Virus record (IMG/VR): IMGVR_UViG_3300009701_000005
Coordinates: 15,126 to 79,125 of that record
Reading direction: 5' to 3' (one strand)
DNA length: 64,000 nucleotides
From: a virus
Taxonomy: Duplodnaviria > Caudoviricetes
In this document: positions 33,476 through 43,896 of the stretch, in pieces
How positions within the stretch are numbered: position 1 is the first letter of the stretch
How the letters are laid out: each line of letters begins with the position of its first letter
The notes under the pieces: model-generated
The model's input: the letters and a program-made list of their open reading frames with translations, nothing else
Told to the model about the DNA's origin: nothing
Databases searched by the model: none
Program-made: the position numbers and the translations under genes

Positions 33476-34263
33476 TAATAGCTCTGTACATTGGTAATGG
33501 TTACTGCCCCTCCTGGCGGAACGTTTATAGCAACTCCAGTAGGTGTATAAGAAATAGCTACGGGAGTAGGTTGTACCGTAACTCCAGGTTGTCCCCCAGT
33601 AGTTCCAGGGAAATTAACCCCAAGCACAGTCACTGAAGAACTAGGAGGTCCAACAACAATTGGGGAATACACTGCAACCCCAGGCACAATAGGGGTGTAG
33701 TAAGGTTCCCCTCCGGTTTGCGGAGAGTATACAGCTTTTGCAGGAGTTACCAAGGTTGAAACGTAAGTTCCCCAAGTTTCATAGAAATAGAATGTAACTC
33801 CCGGATACCTAGAATCTGTAAACGGGGTAATAGGAAACGACTCCAGAGGGGACGGGGTGGAATTAGTTATGTCCTGACTGGTGTTATAAGTTTCATAAGT
33901 ATAGGTTAAAGATGGCGGATACGCAAACAACACAAACGGGGAAGTATTAACTCCGTTAACCGCTAAGCTAGGATTACGTCCCCATATTTGGTATTGAATA
34001 CTTACAGTTGTGCTATACACCGCAGGAGTATACGAAATCAATTGTGGAGGAACAATAGGAGTGTACTCTAGATTACCTCCTGTTGAAGGAGTAGTGTACA
34101 AATACTCTCCCCCGGTATTTGCTCCTCCTGGAGCCCCCGTTCCACCTACTAGAAATTTAGTTTTACCGTAAACGGGAACATACGTACTATTTGAATAAAA
34201 ATACACGGTACCCACAGTTGGTGGATTAGTTCTCTCCCTACGTAGAAGTTTTGCAATAGCCAT
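33475..34263 (-). CDS. putative tail fibre or receptor-binding protein
   Basis: T/P/Y/G-rich with internal GG..YTPIVP repeats; located in the tail operon. Confidence 0.6.
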   Translation of the reverse strand: MAIAKLLRRERTNPPTVGTVYFYSNSTYVPVYGKTKFLVGGTGAPGGANTGGEYLYTTPSTGGNLEYTPIVPPQLISYTPAVYSTTVSIQYQIWGRNPSLAVNGVNTSPFVLFAYPPSLTYTYETYNTSQDITNSTPSPLESFPITPFTDSRYPGVTFYFYETWGTYVSTLVTPAKAVYSPQTGGEPYYTPIVPGVAVYSPIVVGPPSSSVTVLGVNFPGTTGGQPGVTVQPTPVAISYTPTGVAINVPPGGAVTITNVQSY

Positions 34264-34280
34264 TAAGCCTCCTCTTCCAA

Positions 34281-35435
34281 TTATTGAGCATTAGCAATAG
34301 CTAAGCTCATTACGAACGTAGTACCACCATCATCAGTATACCCAGTCCACACATCCATAGCATTAGCAGTAGTAGTACGCGGAGGGAGAATGCCTCCGGC
34401 ATATTTACAATTAGTAGGCCATGCAACAGAATATCCCGGAGTAGAATTATTTACAGTTATAACCGTAAACGAGAAAATGTTATTACCCGTAGGCACATTG
34501 GTAAATGAGAAGGTAGTATTGGCAGCAATAGTAACTTTATAGGCACCTGCTACTGACCAATCTAAAGTAGTGGAAGCAGTATTAGCGGAAATAGTGTTTT
34601 TAACATCTATTTGGTTGACCATAGAAATTTGATTGACTGCTAACAGCCCGGTGGCAGTGCCGTTGTTTACGTTAATCTTTGTAGGATCAGATGGGGGTGA
34701 AGTGACTTCCGCCAAAATCTGTGTAAACAGAGAATTATTACTTTGTAAGATTTCAAATTGGTCGCCAACGCTAGGCACAAATGGCAATACTGTTGACCAC
34801 GAAATAGTGTTTGTAGCCGTAGAACTGACCATACGGCAATACCCAGTACATACCCCAGTTGTAAATTGAATAATGTATTCCCCGGGAATAGCTGTTCCCA
34901 AAGTAGTTCCAGTTGCAGCCGTGATGCTGAACGAAGCCACTCCTGTTATTGTTCCAGTGTATTTAGTGGTAGTATGACTTGAAAAACTCCACAAGGAGCT
35001 AGTATTTTTGAATGCAATAATGGGGTTGCCGCCATCGTCGTTAGTATGGCAAATATACGAATTAGCATTGCTGATTGAAGGTGGGCTTAGCACGTCTACG
35101 CTAGAAACATCGTATAAACGATCAATGTACCTTGCAAACCCTGCTAATGTACCAGCAGTAACCCGGCATTCTATAACAGCGCCAACTGGAAAACTACTTG
35201 GAGAAGTATTCTCTTGAGCCCTTAAAATACCAGAGAAAACATTACCCGAAACAGCAGTAACTGCTATAATTTCAGTTAAGCCCGCATAGACTAACGTAGC
35301 TAAAAAGAATTGGCCGGTTCCCGGGGAAGGAAATCCAACCGAACTTGTTACGGTAATAGAGGTGTCTGTGGAACCTACAGCATTAGCAACCGTAGTCGAA
35401 GCATTATTGGCGTATAATTGTTGATAAATAGTCAT
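34281..35435 (-). CDS. putative tail fibre protein
   Basis: N-terminal NNASTT.A..V...T...GFP..EII.VTA; C-terminal WPTNCKYAGG..P..T.AN..D. Confidence 0.65.
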   Translation of the reverse strand: MTIYQQLYANNASTTVANAVGSTDTSITVTSSVGFPSPGTGQFFLATLVYAGLTEIIAVTAVSGNVFSGILRAQENTSPSSFPVGAVIECRVTAGTLAGFARYIDRLYDVSSVDVLSPPSISNANSYICHTNDDGGNPIIAFKNTSSLWSFSSHTTTKYTGTITGVASFSITAATGTTLGTAIPGEYIIQFTTGVCTGYCRMVSSTATNTISWSTVLPFVPSVGDQFEILQSNNSLFTQILAEVTSPPSDPTKINVNNGTATGLLAVNQISMVNQIDVKNTISANTASTTLDWSVAGAYKVTIAANTTFSFTNVPTGNNIFSFTVITVNNSTPGYSVAWPTNCKYAGGILPPRTTTANAMDVWTGYTDDGGTTFVMSLAIANAQ

Positions 35436-35437
35436 GG

Positions 35438-35806
35438 TTACGTTATGTTAGTTATTGTAGTATTGGTTCCAGCAGTTTCAAAAGCTGAGCTTAAAGCTTG
35501 AACTTCAGCAATTATACAATTTTTGACCTGCGTTAATTTAGAAGAAGGTATATTAGATATTACACCTTTAGTATATTTTACAAAACGATTTCCAAATACG
35601 GGGGTAACCGGAGTTCCAGAAAAGGTTTGGAATCGTTGGTATTCTTGTAAATTACAAACGCCTTGATATTGTCCTAATTCTGAAGTACCGGTATTGGTCC
35701 AAGTAAAAATATCCCGAGGTAAAGTCCCTCCGGGCAATAAACTAGCAGTTATTTGCCAAGTTCCATCTGATCCTATATTTTCTACTATTTGTAATGAACT
35801 ACTCAT
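35438..35806 (-). CDS. virion-associated hypothetical protein
   Basis: located in the tail operon. Confidence 0.6.
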   Translation of the reverse strand: MSSSLQIVENIGSDGTWQITASLLPGGTLPRDIFTWTNTGTSELGQYQGVCNLQEYQRFQTFSGTPVTPVFGNRFVKYTKGVISNIPSSKLTQVKNCIIAEVQALSSAFETAGTNTTITNIT

Positions 35807-35827
35807 ATACCTCTTTCCTCGTCTCTG

Positions 35828-36307
35828 TTAAGCTATCTGTATAGTCCAGTTAAAGTACAAAGAAAATTCAGAGGTTTTTGGTATACCCGGAAAAGTCTTG
35901 ATATTAAACATCAATCCAGAAGTTTTAAACAATCCTGCTTCATTAATAAGTGAGCCATTGCCGGTACCTTCATCCAGAGTAGCTAAGAAAGTTACGGAGG
36001 GCACGGAAGTGTTCGTAGTATACGAAGTTGGTACACTTAATAGGTATGCATACAATGCTGATGCTAAATTAGTAGGTGATTTAGGATAAAGCCCCGCCGG
36101 ATCAATTGTTCCGCCAGTTCCTACTTGAAGAGTATTTACCGGATCAGCAGTCAAAGTGTTACTGTAAACCGATTGTAACACCACATTCTTTGCAGCCAAA
36201 GTAATGAGGTTAGGTTCCTCGGTGAAAACAGTTTCCTCAGTACCGTTTTTGTACTTCTTGTATATACTTAAATGGCCTTTTAAAGGCAGTTTGCTTGTAA
36301 TTTCCAT
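35828..36307 (-). CDS. tail/baseplate protein
   Basis: NLIT...GTGG...VTF.ATL...GNG..INEAGLF...FPGIPKT..FSL...WTI. Confidence 0.7.
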   Translation of the reverse strand: MEITSKLPLKGHLSIYKKYKNGTEETVFTEEPNLITLAAKNVVLQSVYSNTLTADPVNTLQVGTGGTIDPAGLYPKSPTNLASALYAYLLSVPTSYTTNTSVPSVTFLATLDEGTGNGSLINEAGLFKTSGLMFNIKTFPGIPKTSEFSLYFNWTIQIA

Positions 36308-36321
36308 GTCTATATTTTAAG

Positions 36322-38568
36322 TTAATTCAATTCCATTTGATGTAGTATAGCAGGTAAATTAGACCCGCGTGTAAACGAAGTAGGCGTAGTATTTAAAGTA
36401 TCTGAATACGGGTTACTAACTACAATAGTTGAATTGAATACCGGACCATCAATTTCATCGCCATCAATTTCTTGATCATCTTGAGAATTTCCTGAATATC
36501 CTCTGCCTCTAAGCATGTAAAATGGTGATCCCATAGGTCCTAAACCTCGACTAATAGTGGCAGTTAATTGTATATTCAAAGGATCGGGATCACTAACAGG
36601 TAGATACCAATCTGGTTGAACCAGAAAATTATTCGTCACCCAATACATACCCACAACGTTACCGTAAATACGAATTCCCAATATGTAATCTCCAGGATTT
36701 ACGTAAGAAGAATTTGGAGGAGCCCAACTTCTCCAGGATTGTTGAGGAGGCATAAAGCTATACAGATATTCTACTTCGGAGCCCCTGAAGAACGCCAATT
36801 CAAAATTCTCTGCTAGAGTTTGGCTCGGATTACCGACTCCGTAAACATTAGAGTTAATAGCAAACGAATCGATAGAATCCGAAGCTGCAGTAGGGTAAAG
36901 AAAAGTAAATGACCATTGCGTTAGCGTCGGAGGAGTCAATAATAAACTATTAAATTTACTAGCAATATCTTGTTGGGTGGTTATATATAAAGGAATAATG
37001 CGCAAATTAGCACCCACCCCAGCCATTTGAGCAACACATTGACTAGGGACGCCATCGTAGTTATATGCAAAGTCTGTAGGATTATTAATACTTCTGTAAA
37101 AGCCTACCCGACTACGTAAACCAGTGTATATTTCATTGCCCCGATCCATAACGGTTCTTAGCCAAGCCCGCTCAACTTCAGTATTAGTTCTAAATTGACT
37201 TACGCCATTAACATATCCCGTTAAAACGCCGCCATTAAAAGAATCTGTTAAACCATTAGTATAGGTATCGGTGCCACACAGCCTTGTAACAAACATAGGT
37301 ACATTCCAACGTAAAAATGAAGGATCTCCTCTGAAAAGAGGGTCTCTAGTATTGTTACGAATCATTCGGCCTATTGGATCCATTACATTTTCAGTGCGAT
37401 TTTGCTGCAAGTTCAACGTTACATCTTCACTGAATGTCAGGGTTTCATCATCCTCTACCGTCCATATGTAAATAGCATATGTATATGTAGGTTTTGCCCT
37501 TTGTATAATATTACCGATTTGTTCAAAAAATTGCTGATCTTCAAAAGTAGTAACATTAACATTGACGAGAAACGTATGGGTCTTCAAATAATTTCTCATC
37601 AAGTAATCGAATTGTGAGCCAGCTAAAGCATAACGACTAGGCTGTCCTGGAGGCAATGAGGGGATGATACTTTCAGGTATCATGAGGTTAATCCACCAAG
37701 CCCCATCACTTTCGTAATCCTGTACGTCAACCCATACCGCCAATTCTTGAGATAAGGTTAGTTGCTGACCTACAGATACGATAGGGGTTAGTCCGTATGG
37801 GATGATGTACTGGTTCTGGTCAGTAATAACAACATACAAATCCGTCTCAAGATAAGTTTCAATAGCTAATACAGTTTCAGTTCCCCTAGATAGTGGCAAG
37901 CCTAATGCAAGGTTTAACCCCTTGCGCATCAAGTCCAGGGTTGGGCCATTGATGTATAGGTAATACATGCCATACACGAAATTATTAAAAGCCTGTGTAG
38001 ATTCCTGAGGACTAATACCTATCATGTTCCCGAAATTAGTCGAAATCCACAACTCATCAATTTCTGTATCTACAAACCAAAGAGCATATTGCGTAGTTGA
38101 ACCATCGCTGAGCAAACGACTACTGAAACCATTCGTAGTCATGTTAGCTGCAAAAGTAATTTGATAACGACCGCTAGAATTTACTGTTAAACCGAAATCT
38201 ACATTTTGTTCTAGCAGAGTGCTTGGCAGCAAAGGGAGGTTAGCAATGTACCTAGCAGAAACAACGTTCTCAGGCAGATAATAGGTATTAACCATCCCCG
38301 GCACTGCGTCGGTATTATTTATAGTAATAAGGCGAAGTGTTTGACCACAAGTTTCCTGAATATTCTCAAGGCTTATATTAGCCGTCATTTGTAAAAATCG
38401 GCTATACACTTGAGAGTACATCTGAGTATCGGCTTCGAGCAACAAATTGATTTTGTCACTATCTGCAAACATTACGGAAAAGAAATCCGATATGCCATAC
38501 AGATATGCCATATTTGTGTTATTTTGCCCTATCGGTAAACCTAGGGTTGTGAATGTTGATCGAGCCAT
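36322..38568 (-). CDS. baseplate wedge-like protein
   Basis: GPTL...GLNLALGLP...I.RAKPTYT; follows the baseplate J-like gene. Confidence 0.6.
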   Translation of the reverse strand: MARSTFTTLGLPIGQNNTNMAYLYGISDFFSVMFADSDKINLLLEADTQMYSQVYSRFLQMTANISLENIQETCGQTLRLITINNTDAVPGMVNTYYLPENVVSARYIANLPLLPSTLLEQNVDFGLTVNSSGRYQITFAANMTTNGFSSRLLSDGSTTQYALWFVDTEIDELWISTNFGNMIGISPQESTQAFNNFVYGMYYLYINGPTLDLMRKGLNLALGLPLSRGTETVLAIETYLETDLYVVITDQNQYIIPYGLTPIVSVGQQLTLSQELAVWVDVQDYESDGAWWINLMIPESIIPSLPPGQPSRYALAGSQFDYLMRNYLKTHTFLVNVNVTTFEDQQFFEQIGNIIQRAKPTYTYAIYIWTVEDDETLTFSEDVTLNLQQNRTENVMDPIGRMIRNNTRDPLFRGDPSFLRWNVPMFVTRLCGTDTYTNGLTDSFNGGVLTGYVNGVSQFRTNTEVERAWLRTVMDRGNEIYTGLRSRVGFYRSINNPTDFAYNYDGVPSQCVAQMAGVGANLRIIPLYITTQQDIASKFNSLLLTPPTLTQWSFTFLYPTAASDSIDSFAINSNVYGVGNPSQTLAENFELAFFRGSEVEYLYSFMPPQQSWRSWAPPNSSYVNPGDYILGIRIYGNVVGMYWVTNNFLVQPDWYLPVSDPDPLNIQLTATISRGLGPMGSPFYMLRGRGYSGNSQDDQEIDGDEIDGPVFNSTIVVSNPYSDTLNTTPTSFTRGSNLPAILHQMELN

Positions 38569-38576
38569 TTATATTA

Positions 38577-40985
38577 TTACAAAACTGCGCCTGTGCTAGT
38601 ATTTATATTTATAGTGCTAGTAGTTACGTTATTCAATAGGAAAATACTGGTTCTATCGTTGGGATCTAGTATATCTGTAATTGTGCCAGTTTGAGGGGCT
38701 AATAAATCTCTTGTATAACAAATATAAGTAACTACTGGTGGATTCTGAATATTTATGATGCCATTATATCTTAAATAGGCAACTAAGTCACTCATTATAA
38801 ATATACTTCCGGGCCCCAGAGTATTTAAATACCCTTGTACAAGTTGAGTAGCTAGTACGCTAGACGGGGCCGTAGTTTCGTAAGACGCTATATTTACAGT
38901 CAAGTAGTAAAAATTAAAACCCCTCGCCAAATAATTAGCACACAATACCCTATTGACCGCATTATTTAAATAGGACTGAACATTATCTAGGTACTGGAAA
39001 TAGTTAATAGTAAAGCTAACTGTACCATTAGCATTGGAGGATCCCATTTCAACAGTAATGTCTTGACTTTGGCTAAAACCATAATCATACTGAGGCTGCA
39101 CATTAGTTATAGTCCCTGCCGTACTAGTTCCGCTTACAGTCGTAGGAGTTGTAATAGAAAATTGTCCTTGATTAATAATATCGGTTATAACCCAAACGCC
39201 ATTGAAAGCTGATACGGTCGAATTGCTAATTTGTACAGATCTGCCAAGAGTATATCCATGTAAAGGCAAAGTTACTGTAATAGTGTTCCCACTACCTGTA
39301 ATAGAGGTTACAGTTTTCGTTTGGTTATAAGTATTGAACCAAGTAAAATCTATAGGTGCCGTAGCAGTGATGGTTCCTAAAACGGCAAAAGTAGAAGATT
39401 GTATTGCATTATATGTAAATGTACTACTGCCTACAGTAAGGATGGGGAATGTACCATTAACCAAGTTCACAGATGCTATCATTGTTCCGCTACCTGAAGA
39501 TGTAATATTGGCAGGAACCACGTAAGTGAAAGTGTTAATAGTTGTTCCAGTAATAGTAAATTGGCCGTTATATCCGGTCGGAGTAACTCCGCTAATAGCT
39601 ACAGTATTACCTACTTGAAAACCGTGATTATTTACAGTTGCTGTAACAGTTAGGCCGGAGCAAGTTATGGAACTTATAGTCTGATTTTGTGTAGCACCAG
39701 TAACCGTTACGTAATCTCCTACTGAAAAATTATGTGGCACCGAAGTTGTCGCGGTAATTAAATTACCCGTAAAAACTATACTAGAAACACTAGAAATGTT
39801 ATCTAAAGGTATAGTATCCGCACTAGCTCCTCCAGAAATAGGGCTTCTAGAAAAACTAAAAATTGGTCCTGTCAAGTGAACATTACCGAAGGGATCGGTT
39901 TCGACTTGTACAACTGCAGAAGCAATACTATTACCGCAGTATACATCTACTTTGCCTCCGTTATGTATCTGCACCGGATTATTTACTGCGGTCACAGTAG
40001 GTAGATTAATTACAACGCCTTGACTACTAGCTAGAGTAAAGGTAAATTGGGTATTACTCAAAACTGTAATAGTATAAGTGCCATTGTACCCAGAAGGATT
40101 ACATCCAACAATGGCTACTTGTTGACCAGAATAGTATCCATGATTGGCTAGAGTAGCTGTGGCAGTGGTACCTGTACTAACCAAGGCTGTTAAGAGTACT
40201 GGGGCTGAAGGATTAGACACAGCCATAATCTGGTCACGAACCATTTCTGGATCCCCAAACCCTATTGGCTGAATCTGGTTCAGATAATTAAACGTCGCCC
40301 CTAAATTTGCTAATATGGATGGATTATTAATTAAATTACGTGTCGATATAGAATTACCGGCACGAGTTACAAATTGGGTATTGCTTTCAGATGCTTGGCT
40401 AATAGAAGCTAAGTAATTTATTTCTGCCCGCAGGAAATACGGGTCAAAACTACTGAAATATAGTAAACTTCCCGAACTGATATTGTACTGAGTACCTTCG
40501 GCAGCAGCAGTAAGTTGGACGTCTATGTACCATTCGCTAGAAGACGAGTCGTAAGTTAACGCAGAAGCTGTATAAGAAAGATTCGATGACGGGTAGTACA
40601 AATTAACGTTATCGGGGGAAAAGAATGTGTTAGTACTGATAGTAACGGGCTTCTGAATAGCAAAATATAAACGAGCACTGATAACAGCCGGGCTGCCGGT
40701 GTTGCGAGTGACAAACCAATTACTCAAAATAGTATTAACTAAATTAGGATCGCTATTATCTGTAATATTGCTTATTGCGGCCTGGGAAAAATAATAGTCA
40801 CTGGCTAATTTTACAGTAGCACATACCAATCCCGCAGGACGTATTAAAGTATCTCTTAGACCCGTTCCTATACGTAAATCTAAATCAGGATAAGCCGCTT
40901 GCAATATTTGCACGGCCATCAGCTCCCCTTCCAACAATTGCTGTTGAGTTGGTTGAATTCCCGGTATAATCGAATATAAATCCAT
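38577..40985 (-). CDS. baseplate J-like protein with four internal beta-sandwich repeats
   Basis: DLRIGTGLRDTLIRP, ESNTQFVTR, GGKVDVY; repeats xHGxxxGxxVxIxG...NGxxxI. Confidence 0.75.
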   Translation of the reverse strand: MDLYSIIPGIQPTQQQLLEGELMAVQILQAAYPDLDLRIGTGLRDTLIRPAGLVCATVKLASDYYFSQAAISNITDNSDPNLVNTILSNWFVTRNTGSPAVISARLYFAIQKPVTISTNTFFSPDNVNLYYPSSNLSYTASALTYDSSSSEWYIDVQLTAAAEGTQYNISSGSLLYFSSFDPYFLRAEINYLASISQASESNTQFVTRAGNSISTRNLINNPSILANLGATFNYLNQIQPIGFGDPEMVRDQIMAVSNPSAPVLLTALVSTGTTATATLANHGYYSGQQVAIVGCNPSGYNGTYTITVLSNTQFTFTLASSQGVVINLPTVTAVNNPVQIHNGGKVDVYCGNSIASAVVQVETDPFGNVHLTGPIFSFSRSPISGGASADTIPLDNISSVSSIVFTGNLITATTSVPHNFSVGDYVTVTGATQNQTISSITCSGLTVTATVNNHGFQVGNTVAISGVTPTGYNGQFTITGTTINTFTYVVPANITSSGSGTMIASVNLVNGTFPILTVGSSTFTYNAIQSSTFAVLGTITATAPIDFTWFNTYNQTKTVTSITGSGNTITVTLPLHGYTLGRSVQISNSTVSAFNGVWVITDIINQGQFSITTPTTVSGTSTAGTITNVQPQYDYGFSQSQDITVEMGSSNANGTVSFTINYFQYLDNVQSYLNNAVNRVLCANYLARGFNFYYLTVNIASYETTAPSSVLATQLVQGYLNTLGPGSIFIMSDLVAYLRYNGIINIQNPPVVTYICYTRDLLAPQTGTITDILDPNDRTSIFLLNNVTTSTININTSTGAVL

Positions 40986-41025
40986 GTTGCTAGGCTTTCC
41001 TTTGATGTGCTTTTATTTTAGCCTT

Positions 41026-41577
41026 TTAGTTGTTGCCGTTCAAAGGCATATCAAGTTGAGGGAATGGTATAGCGACTTGGGCAAATGCTCCAGCAACCGT
41101 AGTCAAACGTAAATACATCAGTACCGCTTCTTGAGATACGTCCATACCTATGATATCAACCGATTGTAATTGAGAAGCCAAATCCGTAGAAGCCCCATTT
41201 AAAATACCTTTGGTCTGGCTTACAGCACTATTTATCTCTGAAACAAGCTCTGCAGTAAATACAGTATCGTTAGAAACTACATTGGCATTCACCGTTAACC
41301 GTTGAAAATTAGTTCCTTGGTTAGGGTATAAAACGTTACTGCCAATATCTGTAAACAATATCTTCAGAAATATTTGCGCAACTTTCTGTATGCCTGTAAT
41401 CTTCTTAGGGTCATCACCTATTTCAAAAGTCAACATGCTATTAGGGAATCCATCTGGAAAACCTATTAGTAAAATATCATAAGTAGCTCCTGCAGGTAAA
41501 TTATAATTAGTCCCTAATCTGCTAGCAAAAGTAGGGGTAGCGCCTGCTGATAAACTCTGCATATTAGAAATACTCAT
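41026..41577 (-). CDS. gp25-like baseplate wedge protein
   Basis: ITGIQKVAQIFLKILFTDIGSN...QGTNF. Confidence 0.7.
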   Translation of the reverse strand: MSISNMQSLSAGATPTFASRLGTNYNLPAGATYDILLIGFPDGFPNSMLTFEIGDDPKKITGIQKVAQIFLKILFTDIGSNVLYPNQGTNFQRLTVNANVVSNDTVFTAELVSEINSAVSQTKGILNGASTDLASQLQSVDIIGMDVSQEAVLMYLRLTTVAGAFAQVAIPFPQLDMPLNGNN

Positions 41578-41969
41578 TGAGGTTCTCCGGTAGTTATGAC
41601 GCCCATAAGTATACTGTTATAAAAGGCAGACATTGCATTCCAATAATTAGAGTCATTTTGGTAGTCTTGAGAAGCATCAGCGTAAAAATTACTTTTAATC
41701 TTAGAGCGTAGGGCGAATTCCCGTTGAATAGCTACTACATTATTCACGTTTTCAATAGCTGCTCCATTTTGAAAACTTGATGCATCAGAAGCACGAGCCT
41801 GGGACATTCCCAATAATTGAGAATATGCTAATAAACTAATAAGGGTAGTTGAACAATTAGGCGGCAAGGTAGCTCCAGTGGGATCTGACACAAAATTATT
41901 CATTGCATCAAAATACGTGGATAGCAGATTATTGTTAGTCTGTGCTTGTGTTAATGTCGGGTCTGCCAT
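41574..41969 (-). CDS. hypothetical protein
   Basis: located in the virion operon. Confidence 0.6.
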   Translation of the reverse strand: MADPTLTQAQTNNNLLSTYFDAMNNFVSDPTGATLPPNCSTTLISLLAYSQLLGMSQARASDASSFQNGAAIENVNNVVAIQREFALRSKIKSNFYADASQDYQNDSNYWNAMSAFYNSILMGVITTGEPQ

Positions 41970-42748
41970 TACATCAATCCTGAGTCTCTGTTCACCATTT
42001 TAATTTTATCTATAAGCTTGGATTTTAAATAATTGAGGCGATTCAAATTGACCCCTAAGCGACGTGACAGTTCAGTAGAACTTAGAACTTTCGAGTTCTC
42101 CAATATAAACTTTTCTTGAGGGTCCAGCTTACTCATTAAATGTTCCATTAATATAACGCTATCGCTAAACTGAGTTACCTCACTAGGCTTATCCGTACCG
42201 GATTCTATTAAGTCGGCATACAGCGAATTCTTAAATTTTATGGTCTTAGGTTTAGACCATCCTAATCTGTTTGCCAACTCTTCATCAGTAGGTTCCCGGT
42301 TTAATTCATCAGTAAGCATAGCTAATTGATGATTGTACTCATTAAATTTCAATTGCATATTTTCTGGCAAGCGAACTGCATTCTGAAATTTGTAATTAGT
42401 ACGCCTAACTCTTTGCAAATACCCTTGAACATGTGTAGACAGAGAAGCTCCTTTAGAAGGATCGTATGTTTGTATGGCTTTGAATGCCCATTTTTTAGCT
42501 TCAGAAGCTAACGCAACTGTCGGTAAAGTCCCTGATTGACGACGAACTTCAGCGTAAATAGGTCCACTCAGGCTTTCAATTAAATTACCTAAATTATGTT
42601 TGCTTGGGTTAGTTTTCCAAGTTTCGTAGAGCTTTTGATCATTTTCACGAAGACTTTTATAGAACTCTTGTTTTTCAGCTAGAGTTTTAGCGTGTTCTTC
42701 GGGATCAACGATTGAGTTGGCGGTAGAGGAATTAGGGTTATAGTCCAT
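41969..42748 (-). CDS. phage sigma-70-like factor
   Basis: KAIQTYDPSKGASLSTHV (region 2), VRLPE, ELNREPTDEELANRLG (region 3), C-terminal HTH-like region. Confidence 0.85.
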   Translation of the reverse strand: MDYNPNSSTANSIVDPEEHAKTLAEKQEFYKSLRENDQKLYETWKTNPSKHNLGNLIESLSGPIYAEVRRQSGTLPTVALASEAKKWAFKAIQTYDPSKGASLSTHVQGYLQRVRRTNYKFQNAVRLPENMQLKFNEYNHQLAMLTDELNREPTDEELANRLGWSKPKTIKFKNSLYADLIESGTDKPSEVTQFSDSVILMEHLMSKLDPQEKFILENSKVLSSTELSRRLGVNLNRLNYLKSKLIDKIKMVNRDSGLM

Positions 42749-42769
42749 AGGCTTATTTTAAGATTCTTG

Positions 42770-43006
42770 CTATTTAAATACAGAGTAATTAGAATAGATA
42801 GAATTGACATACCCTATCATGAAAGCTTGTAATTTACTACTGAATTGTTGGTACACGAAACATTGCCCCGCTATAGATGTGGGCGATATTAATCCTGCCT
42901 CACTGATGTTTGCGGGAATGGCTGTAGAACGTGACATTCCAGGTAGGGCACCTGAATTAGCACTTTGCCCCCCGCCACTTAAAGAAGAAACTGTTGATGT
43001 AGTCAT
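42770..43006 (-). CDS. hypothetical protein
   Basis: coupled ORF. Confidence 0.55.
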   Translation of the reverse strand: MTTSTVSSLSGGGQSANSGALPGMSRSTAIPANISEAGLISPTSIAGQCFVYQQFSSKLQAFMIGYVNSIYSNYSVFK

Positions 43007-43884
43007 ACTTGTTTAACTATTATTCCACTATTACTATTAGGTACAGCATTATTCACAAAATCTGATAATTCTTGATAATCTAAGAATGGGCTTGCGCCTG
43101 GCTCCAATAACGATTGGTTAGTTAATACTTGATTAACATATTGCTGTTGAGTACCGTTATAATTATTAGGAGTCATATCTATGAATTTTATCCCAAATCT
43201 TGCAGCTATACTTTCTTTACTCTCAATTTGCCTAGCTACTAACGCCAAATTACCCACGCCCGTTGTATTCTTATTATTTTCCCCACCATTTGAAGGCTCA
43301 ACTTGTTGAGGTTGGGTTGTTTGTGTTGCCGTAGTAGAACTTGTGTAATGTCTCCCGGTATTGGCATAAGACCATACTCCCGCAGTTCTGGTGATTGCAT
43401 TAGCTGTACCGTTAGTGAAATTATACATATCCTGAGGGTATGCTGCACCGACTCCAAATACTGACATATAAAATTGATCGGCAACAATGATTGCCCTTGG
43501 ATTATTTATCAGAGTTTGAGCAACGTTGGTAACATCTCCTGAATTGGAATCATAACTGGGGTCAGGAGCTAAACCATACATGGTACTATTCTGAGAATCT
43601 TGAATAGGTACGCCAGATTGATATGCTGTTGGAGTAGCTGGAACCGCAGTAGAACTTAAAGACGGGGGAGTAGGTGCCGTCGTGCTAGGTCCAGAAGCGG
43701 AAGCGGTTGGCAACGGATTAGTAGGGGAACTTGCAGAAGGAGCCGATGGTATAGGCGTAGTGGCAGCAGTTATAGGGGATCCGGCAATAACTTGATTTTG
43801 TAAAGGCAATCCTTGGGCAATGTCCCCTAGTGGGGCCAACATTGGATTGGCTGAAGATGCTGGAGTTGTAGTAGAAACACTCAT
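43003..43884 (-). CDS. putative baseplate spike/gp5-like protein with a Pro/Ser/Thr-rich N-terminus
   Basis: low-complexity N-terminus; position downstream of the hub-like gene. Confidence 0.4.
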   Translation of the reverse strand: MSVSTTTPASSANPMLAPLGDIAQGLPLQNQVIAGSPITAATTPIPSAPSASSPTNPLPTASASGPSTTAPTPPSLSSTAVPATPTAYQSGVPIQDSQNSTMYGLAPDPSYDSNSGDVTNVAQTLINNPRAIIVADQFYMSVFGVGAAYPQDMYNFTNGTANAITRTAGVWSYANTGRHYTSSTTATQTTQPQQVEPSNGGENNKNTTGVGNLALVARQIESKESIAARFGIKFIDMTPNNYNGTQQQYVNQVLTNQSLLEPGASPFLDYQELSDFVNNAVPNSNSGIIVKQV

Positions 43885-43896
43885 TATACGTAATCC

